NCBI GenBank assembly: GCA_016199985.1
Contig: JACQFQ010000048.1
Coordinates: forward strand, 3,965-67,964
From: Verrucomicrobiota bacterium
Lineage (GTDB): Bacteria; Verrucomicrobiota; Verrucomicrobiia; Limisphaerales; UBA11320
Direction of reading: 5' to 3'
DNA: 64,000 nucleotides
Numbering within the stretch: position 1 is the stretch's first letter; the number at the start of each line of letters is the position of its first letter. Below are positions 20,160-29,620 of this stretch, in pieces. Below the pieces are notes generated by a model. That model ran no database searches and was not told the DNA's origin. It saw only the letters and a program-made list of their open reading frames with translations. Position numbers and translations under genes: made by a program.

Positions 20160-20678
20160 ATGGCGACTGAAACAGCAGGAAGAGGAGCCGCGGCGCATCC
20201 GGCGGCGAGCGGAAAGTATCTCACGTTCACTCTGGGCGAGGAGTCCTATGGGATTGGGGTCCTGAAGGTCCGTGAAATCATCCGAGTGCCGGATATCACA
20301 TCCGTCCCCCAAATGCCGGATTATGTGAAAGGCGTGATGAACCTTCGCGGCAAGGTGATCCCCGTCGCGGACCTGCGGGTGAAGTTCCGCCTCAGCAATA
20401 TTCAGAACACCGAGCGGACTTGCGTGGTGGTGGTTCAGGTCCAACAGCCGAGCGGATCCCAGCCGCTGATCGGCTTGATCGTGGACGCGGTCGAAGAAGT
20501 CGTGAACATCCCTTCGACGGACATTGAGCCCACGCCTGATTTCGGAACCGGGGTCGACACCCACTACATTGTGGGGATGGCCAAGGTCAAAGGCGTTGTG
20601 AAGACCCTCATCGACCTGGATCGCGTCGTCGCGACCGAACCCATCGCGGTCATGAGCGCCGTCGCCCATGCTCGCTGA
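20160..20678 (+). CDS. cheW: Chemotaxis coupling protein CheW (orphan)
   Basis: YLTFTLGEESYGIGVLKVREIIRVPDITSVPQMPDYVKGVMNLRGKVIPVADLR is the canonical CheW signature. ATG at 20160 preferred over the upstream GTG at 20028. No other che genes are in the window. Confidence 0.9.
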   Translation: MATETAGRGAAAHPAASGKYLTFTLGEESYGIGVLKVREIIRVPDITSVPQMPDYVKGVMNLRGKVIPVADLRVKFRLSNIQNTERTCVVVVQVQQPSGSQPLIGLIVDAVEEVVNIPSTDIEPTPDFGTGVDTHYIVGMAKVKGVVKTLIDLDRVVATEPIAVMSAVAHAR

Positions 20679-20744
20679 GGGCCAAGGCGGCCGGGTCGGA
20701 GAGGAGGAGGATCCTTCAGCGCGCGCCCTGGCGCGGGTCATGAG

Positions 20745-21572
20745 CTACCGCGGCCCGCCGTGTTCCACGTAGGCATGCCAAGTATGAGCCATCAGGGCGG
20801 CGCCAGCGGCCGAGGGATGCACGCCATCCTTCGCCCAATAGTCGGCCGGGGCGTGCTTGAGAGCGCGGTCGAAGGCGAGCTGGTAAGGGACGAAAAGCGC
20901 CTGAAACTCATCGGCGACCCGGCGCGACGCGGCGCGGTATTTGTCGAACTCAGGAAACCATTTGTCGTTCACCGCGCCCGCGCGCAAGGCGAAGGGCTCG
21001 CAGATCACCAGGGCCACTCCCGGCAGGGCGTCGATTGTGCGCTGAACCAGCGCGCGGTAATCCCGCTCGTAAGTCTCCACGGTCCCCTTGTAGCCGCCGC
21101 CCAGCGTGTGCCAAAAGTCGTTCACGCCAATCAAAATGCTGAGCAGGCCCGGACGGAGCTTGAGGCAATCCTCCTCCCAACGCTCCGCGAGCTGAAACAC
21201 CTTGTGCCCGCTGATTCCTCGATTGTAGATGGCCAGCTCGTAGCCGGGATGATCGAGCAGCAACCCCACCCCGGCCATCGCGGCGTAACCCGATCCCAGG
21301 CCGCCCTGATCGTTGGCGACGCTGGCTCGATCGCGGCTGCGTCCGGCGTCGGTGATCGAATCGCCTTGGAAAAGTATCACCTGCTTGCGCGCGATTCTCG
21401 GCTTGGCCGAGACGGGCTTCTTCTCCCGGGCGGCCGTCGCGGACAACATTCCCACCGCGAGGGCCGTGATCCCGCCAAGGGCCATTGCCGATCCCGACGC
21501 CTTCAGGAAGCCTCTGCGATCCTGGCCCGGCTGCTTTCCCGACCGTTCCCATCCATTTTCATGTTCAGACAT
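20745..21572 (-). CDS. SGNH/GDSL hydrolase with twin-arginine signal
   Basis: RRGFLKASGSAMALGG looks like a Tat signal. VILFQGDSITDAGR is SGNH block I, and DGVHPS near the C-terminus is block V. Confidence 0.85.
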   Translation of the reverse strand: MSEHENGWERSGKQPGQDRRGFLKASGSAMALGGITALAVGMLSATAAREKKPVSAKPRIARKQVILFQGDSITDAGRSRDRASVANDQGGLGSGYAAMAGVGLLLDHPGYELAIYNRGISGHKVFQLAERWEEDCLKLRPGLLSILIGVNDFWHTLGGGYKGTVETYERDYRALVQRTIDALPGVALVICEPFALRAGAVNDKWFPEFDKYRAASRRVADEFQALFVPYQLAFDRALKHAPADYWAKDGVHPSAAGAALMAHTWHAYVEHGGPR

Positions 21573-21680
21573 GCGGCTCTTCTAAACAATGACCTCGATT
21601 CAGGAAAGTCCGCATTTTTATGCACGCCGGCATTGCTTCCCTTGCCGGAGACTCGTCAGTCTTCCCGGCATCGGAGCCCT

Positions 21681-22895
21681 ATGAAATGGATGTGGACGGG
21701 AGTTTGGATCGCGCTCGCTCTCTGCGTTGGGCCGCTTCGCGCGCGGGCGCAGCTCGACCCGCAGCGACGCGACCTGCTCCAGCTCGGTTACAACCAGCCG
21801 CTCGAGGGACGGGGCCCGATTTCGGGCTACGCCTTCTACTATATGAGCCGCCCGGAGTTCCACGGCTCCAACGGAACGCTCAGGCTGGCGATCGCGCCGA
21901 CCTACCTGGACGCCGAGTTCGGACGCCGCCGCGCGTTGGGCGAGCACACGGACCTGGGATTCGGCGTCGCTGGCGGCGGGTTCGCCGACACTTACTCCGA
22001 GGTGCGCCAGGGGAAGCTGCTCCGCGAGGAGTCCTTCACAGGCCATGGAGGAGAGATTTCCGCCAGCCTCTACCATCTCTTCAACCCGAGCTCCCGCATC
22101 CCCCTGAACGCGGTGCTGCGGTCGAGCTACCACTACAGCACGTATCAGCGGGACAATCTCACGGACCCGGCCTTTCGACTCCCGCACGATCAGGGCATTC
22201 TGCATGTCCGCGGCGGATTGCGCTGGGGGGGACAGGAGCCGGTCATGTTTCCTGAGATGGCGATGGAGCTGTCGGCCTGGTACGAGTCGCAGATTCGCGG
22301 AAACGCGGGGAGCTATGGCTTTGGAGGAGACCGCCAGCTGGAGCCGGTCTCCCATCTCCTATGGACCCGCGCCCTTCTCGCCTACACGCTCCCCGAGTGT
22401 CGTCACTATTTCTCGATAGGCGCCACGCTCGGGACGACGATCCACCCGGATCGCCTGAGCTCGTTTCGCCTGGGCGGCGCCCTGCCTCTCGTCGCCGAGT
22501 TCCCGCTCAGCATCCCCGGCTATTACTTCCAGGAGCTCACGGCGCGGCGCTTCTTCCTCATGAATGGCACCTATGGCGTGCCGGTGGATCGGGGCGGGCA
22601 CTGCGAATTGATGGCTTTTGGATCCACTGGCGTCATGAGCCATTTCTCCAATTTCCCCCAGCCGGGCGGATGGCAATCCGGCGTGGGAAGCGCGGTGGTT
22701 CTGCGCCCGGGAAAAAAGGCGTGGCAGATCGCCTTGGGATATGGCTACGGCGTCGACGCGATCCGCGATGGCCATCGCGGGGCTCATAGCATCGGCCTCC
22801 TGCTTCAATACGATATCCAACAAGGCGGCGCGCTGCTGCCCGAGCGCTTCAATCCCACCAAGTGGCGCGGGCTGGACCAGATCTTCGGGCGTTAG
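21681..22895 (+). CDS. Outer-membrane beta-barrel protein, possibly Omp85/bacterial-surface-antigen-like without POTRA domains
   Basis: The ATG at 21681 gives signal peptide MKWMWTGVWIALALCVGPLRARAQ. The rest is rich in alternating aromatic/glycine strands. RLGGALPL...IPGYYFQEL resembles the Omp85 loop-6 region. The upstream 921 nt of the track ORF overlap the SGNH gene on the other strand and were discarded. Confidence 0.6.
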   Translation: MKWMWTGVWIALALCVGPLRARAQLDPQRRDLLQLGYNQPLEGRGPISGYAFYYMSRPEFHGSNGTLRLAIAPTYLDAEFGRRRALGEHTDLGFGVAGGGFADTYSEVRQGKLLREESFTGHGGEISASLYHLFNPSSRIPLNAVLRSSYHYSTYQRDNLTDPAFRLPHDQGILHVRGGLRWGGQEPVMFPEMAMELSAWYESQIRGNAGSYGFGGDRQLEPVSHLLWTRALLAYTLPECRHYFSIGATLGTTIHPDRLSSFRLGGALPLVAEFPLSIPGYYFQELTARRFFLMNGTYGVPVDRGGHCELMAFGSTGVMSHFSNFPQPGGWQSGVGSAVVLRPGKKAWQIALGYGYGVDAIRDGHRGAHSIGLLLQYDIQQGGALLPERFNPTKWRGLDQIFGR

Positions 22896-23011
22896 CTCTG
22901 CTTCGCTTCGACGGCTCTCGCTCCATCGCCCTGGGCGCATGCCGTGTTCCCGTTTCCTGAGCGGCAAAGGTTTTCCCTCCACTCCTTTTGAAATCCTCCG
23001 ATCAGAAGGCC

Positions 23012-23683
23012 ATGAGACCTACTCGGCCTACTCCTGTCGTTTTTGGGCTCTTCGTCGCCCTGATGCTTCTGGGCGCCGTCGCGCAAGACGTGAACCCGGT
23101 GAAGCCAGGCGCATCGCCTACAAACGCGCCATCGTCCGGCGCAATTCCGGTGGCCGCCCGCTCCTCGCGCAAGTCGATCCCTTCCGCAGGGAGCCTCGCG
23201 CCTCTGTCCAGCGCGCCCGGCACGACCAACGAGGCGCTTCTCAACACCAACGCGCCGATCCGCGCGGGAGCGATCGCGCTGAAGGACACGGATGGCGATG
23301 GGATGCCCGACGAATTCGAGGATCGGTACGGGTTTAATAGGGAGGATCCCACCGACGCTGACGCGGACGCCGACGGCGACGGGCTGACGAACGTCGAGGA
23401 GTACTGGGCCGGGACGAATCCGCGGGACGCCAAGAGCGTGCTTCGGATTGAGCGGATTGCGGTCAACCATAAGAGCAATAGGATCGAGCTCACCTTCAAC
23501 GCCGTTCATGGCAAGAGCTATTCGATTCTACGTCGCAACGCCTCTGATCCCGATGAGGGCGCGTGGCAGAAGGTCGCGGACGTTGAACCTCAGGTGCGCG
23601 ACGACTCGATTACAGTCGGCGATGATCGAGAGGCGGGTCCGGTGAAGAAGGTCTACCGGATCACCACGCCCAAGGTGAAGTAG
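23012..23683 (+). CDS. Secreted protein with thrombospondin type-3-like calcium-binding repeats and a C-terminal YRI module
   Basis: Signal peptide MRPTRPTPVVFGLFVALMLLGAVAQD. DTDGDGMPDEFED...DADADADGDGLTNVEEYWAGTNP is a TSP3-type Asp-rich repeat. The ATG at 23012 is preferred over the TTG at 22988. Confidence 0.7.
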   Translation: MRPTRPTPVVFGLFVALMLLGAVAQDVNPVKPGASPTNAPSSGAIPVAARSSRKSIPSAGSLAPLSSAPGTTNEALLNTNAPIRAGAIALKDTDGDGMPDEFEDRYGFNREDPTDADADADGDGLTNVEEYWAGTNPRDAKSVLRIERIAVNHKSNRIELTFNAVHGKSYSILRRNASDPDEGAWQKVADVEPQVRDDSITVGDDREAGPVKKVYRITTPKVK

Positions 23684-23777
23684 CGTCGCTCCGCTCCCTG
23701 GTTTTTAGCCACTTTGGGCGTGCATTCGCTTCGGCGTGGGGCATGGTGGGGGCAACCTACAACCCCCTGACACCACG

Positions 23778-26495
23778 ATGAAAGCCCGCCCCAGCTCCAC
23801 CGTCGTTCCTTCGGTCGCGATTATTCTCGCCACTCTCTTCGGCCTCGTTCACTTCGAGGCCGCCGCGGCGTTCGCTGTCGGATTCGACCATCCGACGCAT
23901 TCCTCCCCGCTGACGCTGAACTCCAACAACCAGCTGCTTTGGGTGGTGAACCCGGATTTCAACACTGTGAGCGTCATCCGGACCGATCTCCAAAAGGTGA
24001 TCGCCACGGTGCCCACTGGGCGCGAGCCCCAAAGCGTCGCGGTGACGCCGGACGATCGCTATGCCTTCGTGGCGAACGCCGCGGACGGCACCGTCACAGT
24101 GATCGTCGTCGATGACCCGCGCCCCGACAGCTTCCGAGCCTCGGTCGACCTCTCCGCGGGCTATCAGGGCGCGCTGACGACGGGAGCGGAGCCGTGGAAC
24201 CTCGTCATCTCCCCTGATGGCTTTAAAGTTTTCGTCGCGAACAGCGGGCAGGACACTCTGACGGTCATCGACGTGGGTTCGCGAAAGATTGTGGGGCACG
24301 TTCAGCTCCGGAACAGCGTCGCGAACTCCGGGGATCCCCGCCGCCACTTCCAGCCGCGAGGCCTGGCGGTCACCGCCGATAGCCAGCGTCTCTACGTGAC
24401 ACGATTCCTTTCTTTCACCCAGTCGGGCGGGCGGCAGGCGGAGGATCTGGGACGGGAGGGGCTCGTGGCTCAGATCGCGGTGAAGACTCTGTCGCTGGAT
24501 ATCGCCGACTACACCGTGACGAAGGCCATCTCATTGTCGCCACAGGTCACGGGCTTCAAATTCCCCGGCCTTACCTTCGACACCGCCGCGTTTCCAAACC
24601 AGATGCAGAGCATTGTCCTTCGCGGCAACCAGGCCTATTTGCCCAACATCGCCGCGTCGCCCACTGGCCCGCTGCGGTTCAACCTCGACACGCATGCGTT
24701 CGTGAACGTCATTGACGGCGTGAACACGGATTCTCCCGTCGACGCGGGAACGTCCAAGATGCTGAACCTCCACCTCGGCGCGCGCGACCCTGAACCCGGG
24801 AAGAGGAAGATCTTCTTTGCCAATGTGTGGGATATCGCTTTCACGACGCAGTCGGGAGCGGGCAACGCCTACGTCGTGTCAGCGGGGAGCGATGTGCTGG
24901 TGAAGCTCAATGTCAGCGGCAGCGGACAGCTGGCGTTCACGGGTGACGCCGACACCACGCGCTACATTGATCTGAACGATCCTTTTTTTCCCCTCACCAG
25001 CGGCGACAAGGCCGGGATGAATCCGCAAGGGATCGCAATCACCGACGATGGAAAAACGGCCTACGTGGCGAACTTCGTGTCGCGGAACGTCAGCGTGGTG
25101 GATCTGGCGGCGGACGTCGTCAAGGCCTCGATCCGGACAGCGTCCCTTCCTGCCGCTGGCAGCGCCGAGGAGGTTGTTCAGGTTGGGGCGGCGATGTTCT
25201 TCAGCTCGCGGGGCAACTTTGACACCATCCCGGGCACGAACTCTTTGAGGGACCGTCTTTCGAGCGAGGGATGGCAGAGCTGCGCCAGCTGCCATTTCAA
25301 GGGGCTGACGGACGGCGTGGTCTGGAGCTTCGCGGCCGGGCCGCGGAAGAGCGTGCCCTTGAATGGGACCTTCGACCCGCGCCAGCCGCAGCGACAGCGC
25401 GTTCTCAATTACTCGGCGATCTTCGATGAGGTCGAGGATTTCGAAGCGAACATCCGGAACGTCTCGGGACCCGGCGCGCTTGCGGGCGGCGCGTTGGACC
25501 CCAACCATGGATTGCTCATCGGCGACACCGGAGACCTCAATGTCGCGCCTTCGGTGCTGAATGCGTTTGCTCGCGCGAATGTTGATCGTCCTCAGGTTAC
25601 CTTCACGCTGCCTGGCAGCGCCAAGCATGTTCCCGCGCTGACGGCTTTGCGCGAGTGGGTGAGGCAGAAGGTGCGGACGCCCAGCGCGCCGCTCACCGCC
25701 GATCTGGCGCCAGGCGGCCCGGTCTTGGATCAGGTGCTCGAAGGCCGGCTCGTGTTCTTTCAGGCCGGATGCGCCTCCTGCCACGCGGGGAATGGAATGT
25801 GGACGACGGCGGTGAAAGACTTCATATCGCCTCCCTCGGCCGCAGATCTGGCGACGGAGCGGACTCCCACGCAGGTCACGGGCAATCCGGTCGGCGCGCA
25901 GTTCTTGTGGCGTTTCCTTCGCGATGTCGGATCCTTCAACCTGGGCGTCCCCGGTGGTGGGAACGAATTTGGCAAGAATATCGGCGCGGCCGAGAAGGCG
26001 GCGCCAACCGTCAGCAATGGCGTTCTCGCCGCCGCCCAAGACGCCCTGGGATTCGACTACAATGCGGACGGCAAGGGCGCGGGCTTCAACGTTCCCAGCC
26101 TCCTCGGAATTCATGCCAGCCCGCCTTACATGCACAACGGCGCCGCGGAATCCCTGATTGAGATGATCCAGAACGTAACCCATCGCACTGGCAATGGACG
26201 GTTTGAGGACATTCTCCAGGACCCACTGAAGCAGATTCAACTGGCCGCTTTTTTGGAGTCGATCGATTCTCAAACAGCCCCGATCACGTCAGTTGAGATC
26301 GATCAGGTGGGGAAGGATGTGGAGATCAGCTTCGATACCGAATTCGGGCTCAGCTATCGCGTTGAAAGCCGCTCTGCTGTCGCCGGAGGATTATGGACGG
26401 TGTTGGATACACTGCCGGGGATCGGCGATCGACTCACAGTGTCCTATCCCATTGCTCTCGCGACGCAGTTCTACCGGGTGGTTGAGCAGCGCTAG
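23778..26495 (+). CDS. YVTN-type beta-propeller fused to a di-haem cytochrome c peroxidase/MauG-like domain, with a C-terminal FYRV module
   Basis: Repeated ...V.V.PDG...YVAN...V.VID motifs indicate a propeller. Two CxxCH motifs (SCASCH, GCASCH) and FNVPSLLGIHASPPYMHNG match the CCP/MauG family hallmark F..PSLR......PYMH.G. ATG at 23778 with a signal peptide. Confidence 0.85.
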   Translation: MKARPSSTVVPSVAIILATLFGLVHFEAAAAFAVGFDHPTHSSPLTLNSNNQLLWVVNPDFNTVSVIRTDLQKVIATVPTGREPQSVAVTPDDRYAFVANAADGTVTVIVVDDPRPDSFRASVDLSAGYQGALTTGAEPWNLVISPDGFKVFVANSGQDTLTVIDVGSRKIVGHVQLRNSVANSGDPRRHFQPRGLAVTADSQRLYVTRFLSFTQSGGRQAEDLGREGLVAQIAVKTLSLDIADYTVTKAISLSPQVTGFKFPGLTFDTAAFPNQMQSIVLRGNQAYLPNIAASPTGPLRFNLDTHAFVNVIDGVNTDSPVDAGTSKMLNLHLGARDPEPGKRKIFFANVWDIAFTTQSGAGNAYVVSAGSDVLVKLNVSGSGQLAFTGDADTTRYIDLNDPFFPLTSGDKAGMNPQGIAITDDGKTAYVANFVSRNVSVVDLAADVVKASIRTASLPAAGSAEEVVQVGAAMFFSSRGNFDTIPGTNSLRDRLSSEGWQSCASCHFKGLTDGVVWSFAAGPRKSVPLNGTFDPRQPQRQRVLNYSAIFDEVEDFEANIRNVSGPGALAGGALDPNHGLLIGDTGDLNVAPSVLNAFARANVDRPQVTFTLPGSAKHVPALTALREWVRQKVRTPSAPLTADLAPGGPVLDQVLEGRLVFFQAGCASCHAGNGMWTTAVKDFISPPSAADLATERTPTQVTGNPVGAQFLWRFLRDVGSFNLGVPGGGNEFGKNIGAAEKAAPTVSNGVLAAAQDALGFDYNADGKGAGFNVPSLLGIHASPPYMHNGAAESLIEMIQNVTHRTGNGRFEDILQDPLKQIQLAAFLESIDSQTAPITSVEIDQVGKDVEISFDTEFGLSYRVESRSAVAGGLWTVLDTLPGIGDRLTVSYPIALATQFYRVVEQR

Positions 26496-26508
26496 CTGGC
26501 CGTTGCGC

Positions 26509-28971
26509 TTACGGCGGGACCTGCGACAGACGAAAGTATTTCTTCGAACCGAGCGGCGGCCCGAGGTCCAAGGGCGCCGGAGCGGGGGAGTTGACGACAG
26601 CCTTTACGCCCTTCCAGACAAGCATGTCGACGGAGCTCTCGAGCTCCCAGATCGAGCCCGGGTCGGCGTCGATGGATGACTGAAGGGCGCCGCCTGGGCT
26701 GGGCAGCGGCGGTTTGAGCGAAGGCTTTCTGACCACAATCGCGGCCAGATCCTCGTCGAATGTCGGAACGGGAATGCGAAGGCGTCCTTTCTCCGTGGTT
26801 GCCTCCGTCTCCGCGATGGGCATGGCGTTGGTCGTGAGGAACCACCGGATCCCGTACAGCCCCGCGGGCCAGTTGGTGGCCACAACAAACCGATTGGTGA
26901 CGAGCGCCGGAGCCGGATTTGTCGAGTTCGCCGGCCAATCGATCCGGGGCGACGCGACGTAAAGAAGCGATTCGCTCGCTCCGCGGAGCCCCACCGAAAC
27001 CAGCGCCGGCTCCCACGCCGCCGGATACAGAGACGGGCGGACGGCCTGGACTTTCACCCAATCGAGGAAAAACCAGTCGCCGCCGGTGTTCCGAATCTCG
27101 AGGAGATGTTTTCCCGCGGACAGCGGCGCCGAGATGTCCACGTTGTACTCGTTGGCGAAGGCATCGAACTTTCCATCCTTGTCGGGGAGATTCGTGCTCA
27201 GCACGGAGACGCCATCCACATAGAAGGCGAGCCGCGCGCCAATGGACACCGAGTTCACGTGGGCCGTGATTCGCGCGCCCGCGTCCAGCCAGGCGCTCAG
27301 CTTGAACGGGGTCTTGAGCTCAGGATGTCCGGTCCCGTGGACGAAGCCGTTCAGAGAGGAGGCCGCGGAGGCCGCGCTCTCCGGATCGACGATCGCAAGC
27401 TGGCCGATGGGCATCGCTCCCCAGTTCTGCGATGGGATGAGGTTGGCCGTGAACGAAGGCGCGCCTGGAATGACGCTTCCGACGGTTGTCGGGCGCGGGG
27501 GCGCGCCTTCAAACGTTATCGGCTCCCAGGCGCCCTCTCCCCAGTGGGCGCGGGAAAGGACGGAGCGAAGCGCCTGGTGCAAGACATACACGTTCTCTGA
27601 CTGGAGATTCTCCCACCACCACGACATGGACGTCCCCGCGGAGCCGCCGAGCGCGCCGCCCCAAATGGCCTGGCGAAACCCCCTCAGGAAGGGGTCCTCC
27701 TGGGTTCGCATCCATCCCCGGAAGTCGACCCCAAACTCCCCGACGAGCATGGGCTTGCCGTAGGCCTTGCGCATCCGTGTGGCGATCGACGCGAGCGCGG
27801 TCGCCGGGTTCAATGTGCCGTAGGAGTGAAACTGGCTGAAATCGATCGCTGGGATTTTCCATATTTCCGCGCGATCGCTGCTTCCGGTCAGGCTGGTCGT
27901 GATCAGGTGCTTGAACGGATCATTTGCTTTCAGCCAGGTCCCCATCGCGTCGTGCCACGCGGCGACATGCGAGGCGTTCAGCGCGCCGTTTTGGGCGTCG
28001 TAGACATTGTCGATCTCATTGAGGAACTCCCACGCGAGGAGGTTGGGGCTGTATCCATATCTCGCGATGAGATATCGCAGCCTCTTTTGGTAGAGCTTAC
28101 GGGCGTCGTTGTCGGTGAAGAACGCGTCCGGGGTCGCGCACGGGCCCCCGTTGGCGGTGTTGTACGGATTCAGCTTCCAGTTGTCGTTGCCGCCGAAGGC
28201 GCCGTCGGGCTTCGTGGCGAACATCCCATGGTACTCGAGGCAGAGCATGAGGTGGATGCCCTTCTGCTCAGCGACCATGAGGACGCGATCGAGCTGCCAG
28301 GCGTGGTCGAGTCGGAAGCGGGTGAGGTTGGCGGGCTCGGATTCGATCCCAAATGCCCAGGGCGCCATCCAGATCCGGGCGAAGTTCCCGCCATTCGCCG
28401 CCAGCTTCGTAAACCAGGTGTCGTAGTCGTAGGTCCCGCCCTCGTGATACCAACAAATATTCGCTCCCACGAGGGGAAGGGGCGCCCCGTCGGCGGTCTG
28501 GAAGTATTCGTTCGTCGGCCCAAGTCGGTCGGCGCCCCAGCGCAACGGCCCGCTCGCAGGCCCGACATCCACGTTGGTTTGATAGGGGCTTCCCGCGTCG
28601 ACGCCATTGGTGAGGACCCGGAGCGTCAACTGGTGGCGTCCGGATTCCCCCGGCCAGAATCGCGCCCGCCAGGAGGGGGCGCCTTGGGTGGCGAGCGATT
28701 CCGTGGATCCGTTGAGCGATCTTGTGTACGCCTGATGCCAGAACGCTGGGGAGGAGATGGATTTCCCCGACGGGGCGGTCAGCGTGGCGTCAACGCGGAT
28801 TTGGTCCGGGTCAAAGCGGTTCAGGACCGCGGGAACATTCAGGATGGAGAACTCGAGTCGCGCTCCCGCCACCGCGGTTCCCTGGACGGTGATGGGCCCG
28901 GCGGCGCCGCAGGAGAGAAGGGAGGCGATCGCCACCCCGGCAGCCGTGACCCATTGAGAAGCGCAGGACAT
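26509..28971 (-). CDS. Secreted glycoside hydrolase, GH5-like (clan GH-A) with an N-terminal Ig-like (DUF5060-like) domain and C-terminal beta-sandwich regions
   Basis: Signal peptide, then LLAWEFLNEIDN (acid/base NE), FSQFHSYG, PMLVGEFG (nucleophile E) and SMSWWWEN, in the order expected for a GH5 (beta/alpha)8 barrel. Confidence 0.8.
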   Translation of the reverse strand: MSCASQWVTAAGVAIASLLSCGAAGPITVQGTAVAGARLEFSILNVPAVLNRFDPDQIRVDATLTAPSGKSISSPAFWHQAYTRSLNGSTESLATQGAPSWRARFWPGESGRHQLTLRVLTNGVDAGSPYQTNVDVGPASGPLRWGADRLGPTNEYFQTADGAPLPLVGANICWYHEGGTYDYDTWFTKLAANGGNFARIWMAPWAFGIESEPANLTRFRLDHAWQLDRVLMVAEQKGIHLMLCLEYHGMFATKPDGAFGGNDNWKLNPYNTANGGPCATPDAFFTDNDARKLYQKRLRYLIARYGYSPNLLAWEFLNEIDNVYDAQNGALNASHVAAWHDAMGTWLKANDPFKHLITTSLTGSSDRAEIWKIPAIDFSQFHSYGTLNPATALASIATRMRKAYGKPMLVGEFGVDFRGWMRTQEDPFLRGFRQAIWGGALGGSAGTSMSWWWENLQSENVYVLHQALRSVLSRAHWGEGAWEPITFEGAPPRPTTVGSVIPGAPSFTANLIPSQNWGAMPIGQLAIVDPESAASAASSLNGFVHGTGHPELKTPFKLSAWLDAGARITAHVNSVSIGARLAFYVDGVSVLSTNLPDKDGKFDAFANEYNVDISAPLSAGKHLLEIRNTGGDWFFLDWVKVQAVRPSLYPAAWEPALVSVGLRGASESLLYVASPRIDWPANSTNPAPALVTNRFVVATNWPAGLYGIRWFLTTNAMPIAETEATTEKGRLRIPVPTFDEDLAAIVVRKPSLKPPLPSPGGALQSSIDADPGSIWELESSVDMLVWKGVKAVVNSPAPAPLDLGPPLGSKKYFRLSQVPP

Positions 28972-29045
28972 CCAAAAACAGTAACCTGCGACGGCCGCGA
29001 GTCAAAAACCGAATCGAGCTAATCCCGATCACCGCAGAAAACCGC

Positions 29046-29579
29046 TCACCACAGAAATGACTTCTGTTCGGCCGCCATCGTGTCCCCTTGCCAGAGACTG
29101 ACGCGCCATGCGACGAGGTTGCCGAGTTTCGTGTAGTCGGACTCTGTCAGCGTCAGCTTCAGCCAGCGATGAAAGCGATCCTGCTTCACGAGCGTCCGCT
29201 CGAGCGTCACGGCGGTGGGCGATGTGTCGTGCGAACCCCTCGCCTCAAGCTTCAGCTTCAGCTCCGCTCCGGGAGGCAGCGCGCCGACGAGAACGTCAAA
29301 CTGCAACCCTCCGCGCCTGGCCGGCGACGCGCGGAGCTCCGCTTGGTAAGCGTCCCGCTCCAGCAGGCTCGGCGAGAGCGTGTGCTTCCCCTGCTTGTCG
29401 AGGTAGTGGGGCAGCACTTTCTTGATGCGCACCCCTGAAACGGGCGCGGCCGTCGCGGGAAGGAGGGCGGAGAGAAGAATCAGGCACAGCAGCGAGGCCG
29501 CGCGAAGGACGCCCGGAGCCGTCGTCGTGCGGGCCGCATGGAGGGCGGTTGAGGGGCGGCTTTTCGTGCGTGTGCGCAT
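29046..29579 (-). CDS. Hypothetical secreted protein (177 aa)
   Basis: The ATG at 29579 is followed by a positively charged n-region and the hydrophobic stretch LLCLILLSALLPATAAP. No family recognised. The upstream part of the track ORF was discarded. Confidence 0.5.
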   Translation of the reverse strand: MRTRTKSRPSTALHAARTTTAPGVLRAASLLCLILLSALLPATAAPVSGVRIKKVLPHYLDKQGKHTLSPSLLERDAYQAELRASPARRGGLQFDVLVGALPPGAELKLKLEARGSHDTSPTAVTLERTLVKQDRFHRWLKLTLTESDYTKLGNLVAWRVSLWQGDTMAAEQKSFLW

Positions 29580-29620
29580 CCAGAGCAAATACCGCTTACC
29601 CGAGGCCGGAGCAATGGAAT

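Noticed and set aside
20760-21680. N-terminal 307 codons of the 711-aa track ORF (20760-22895)
   Set aside because: This part lies entirely antisense to the SGNH hydrolase gene and has no protein-like features. A good signal peptide begins at the ATG at 21681, so the gene was shortened.
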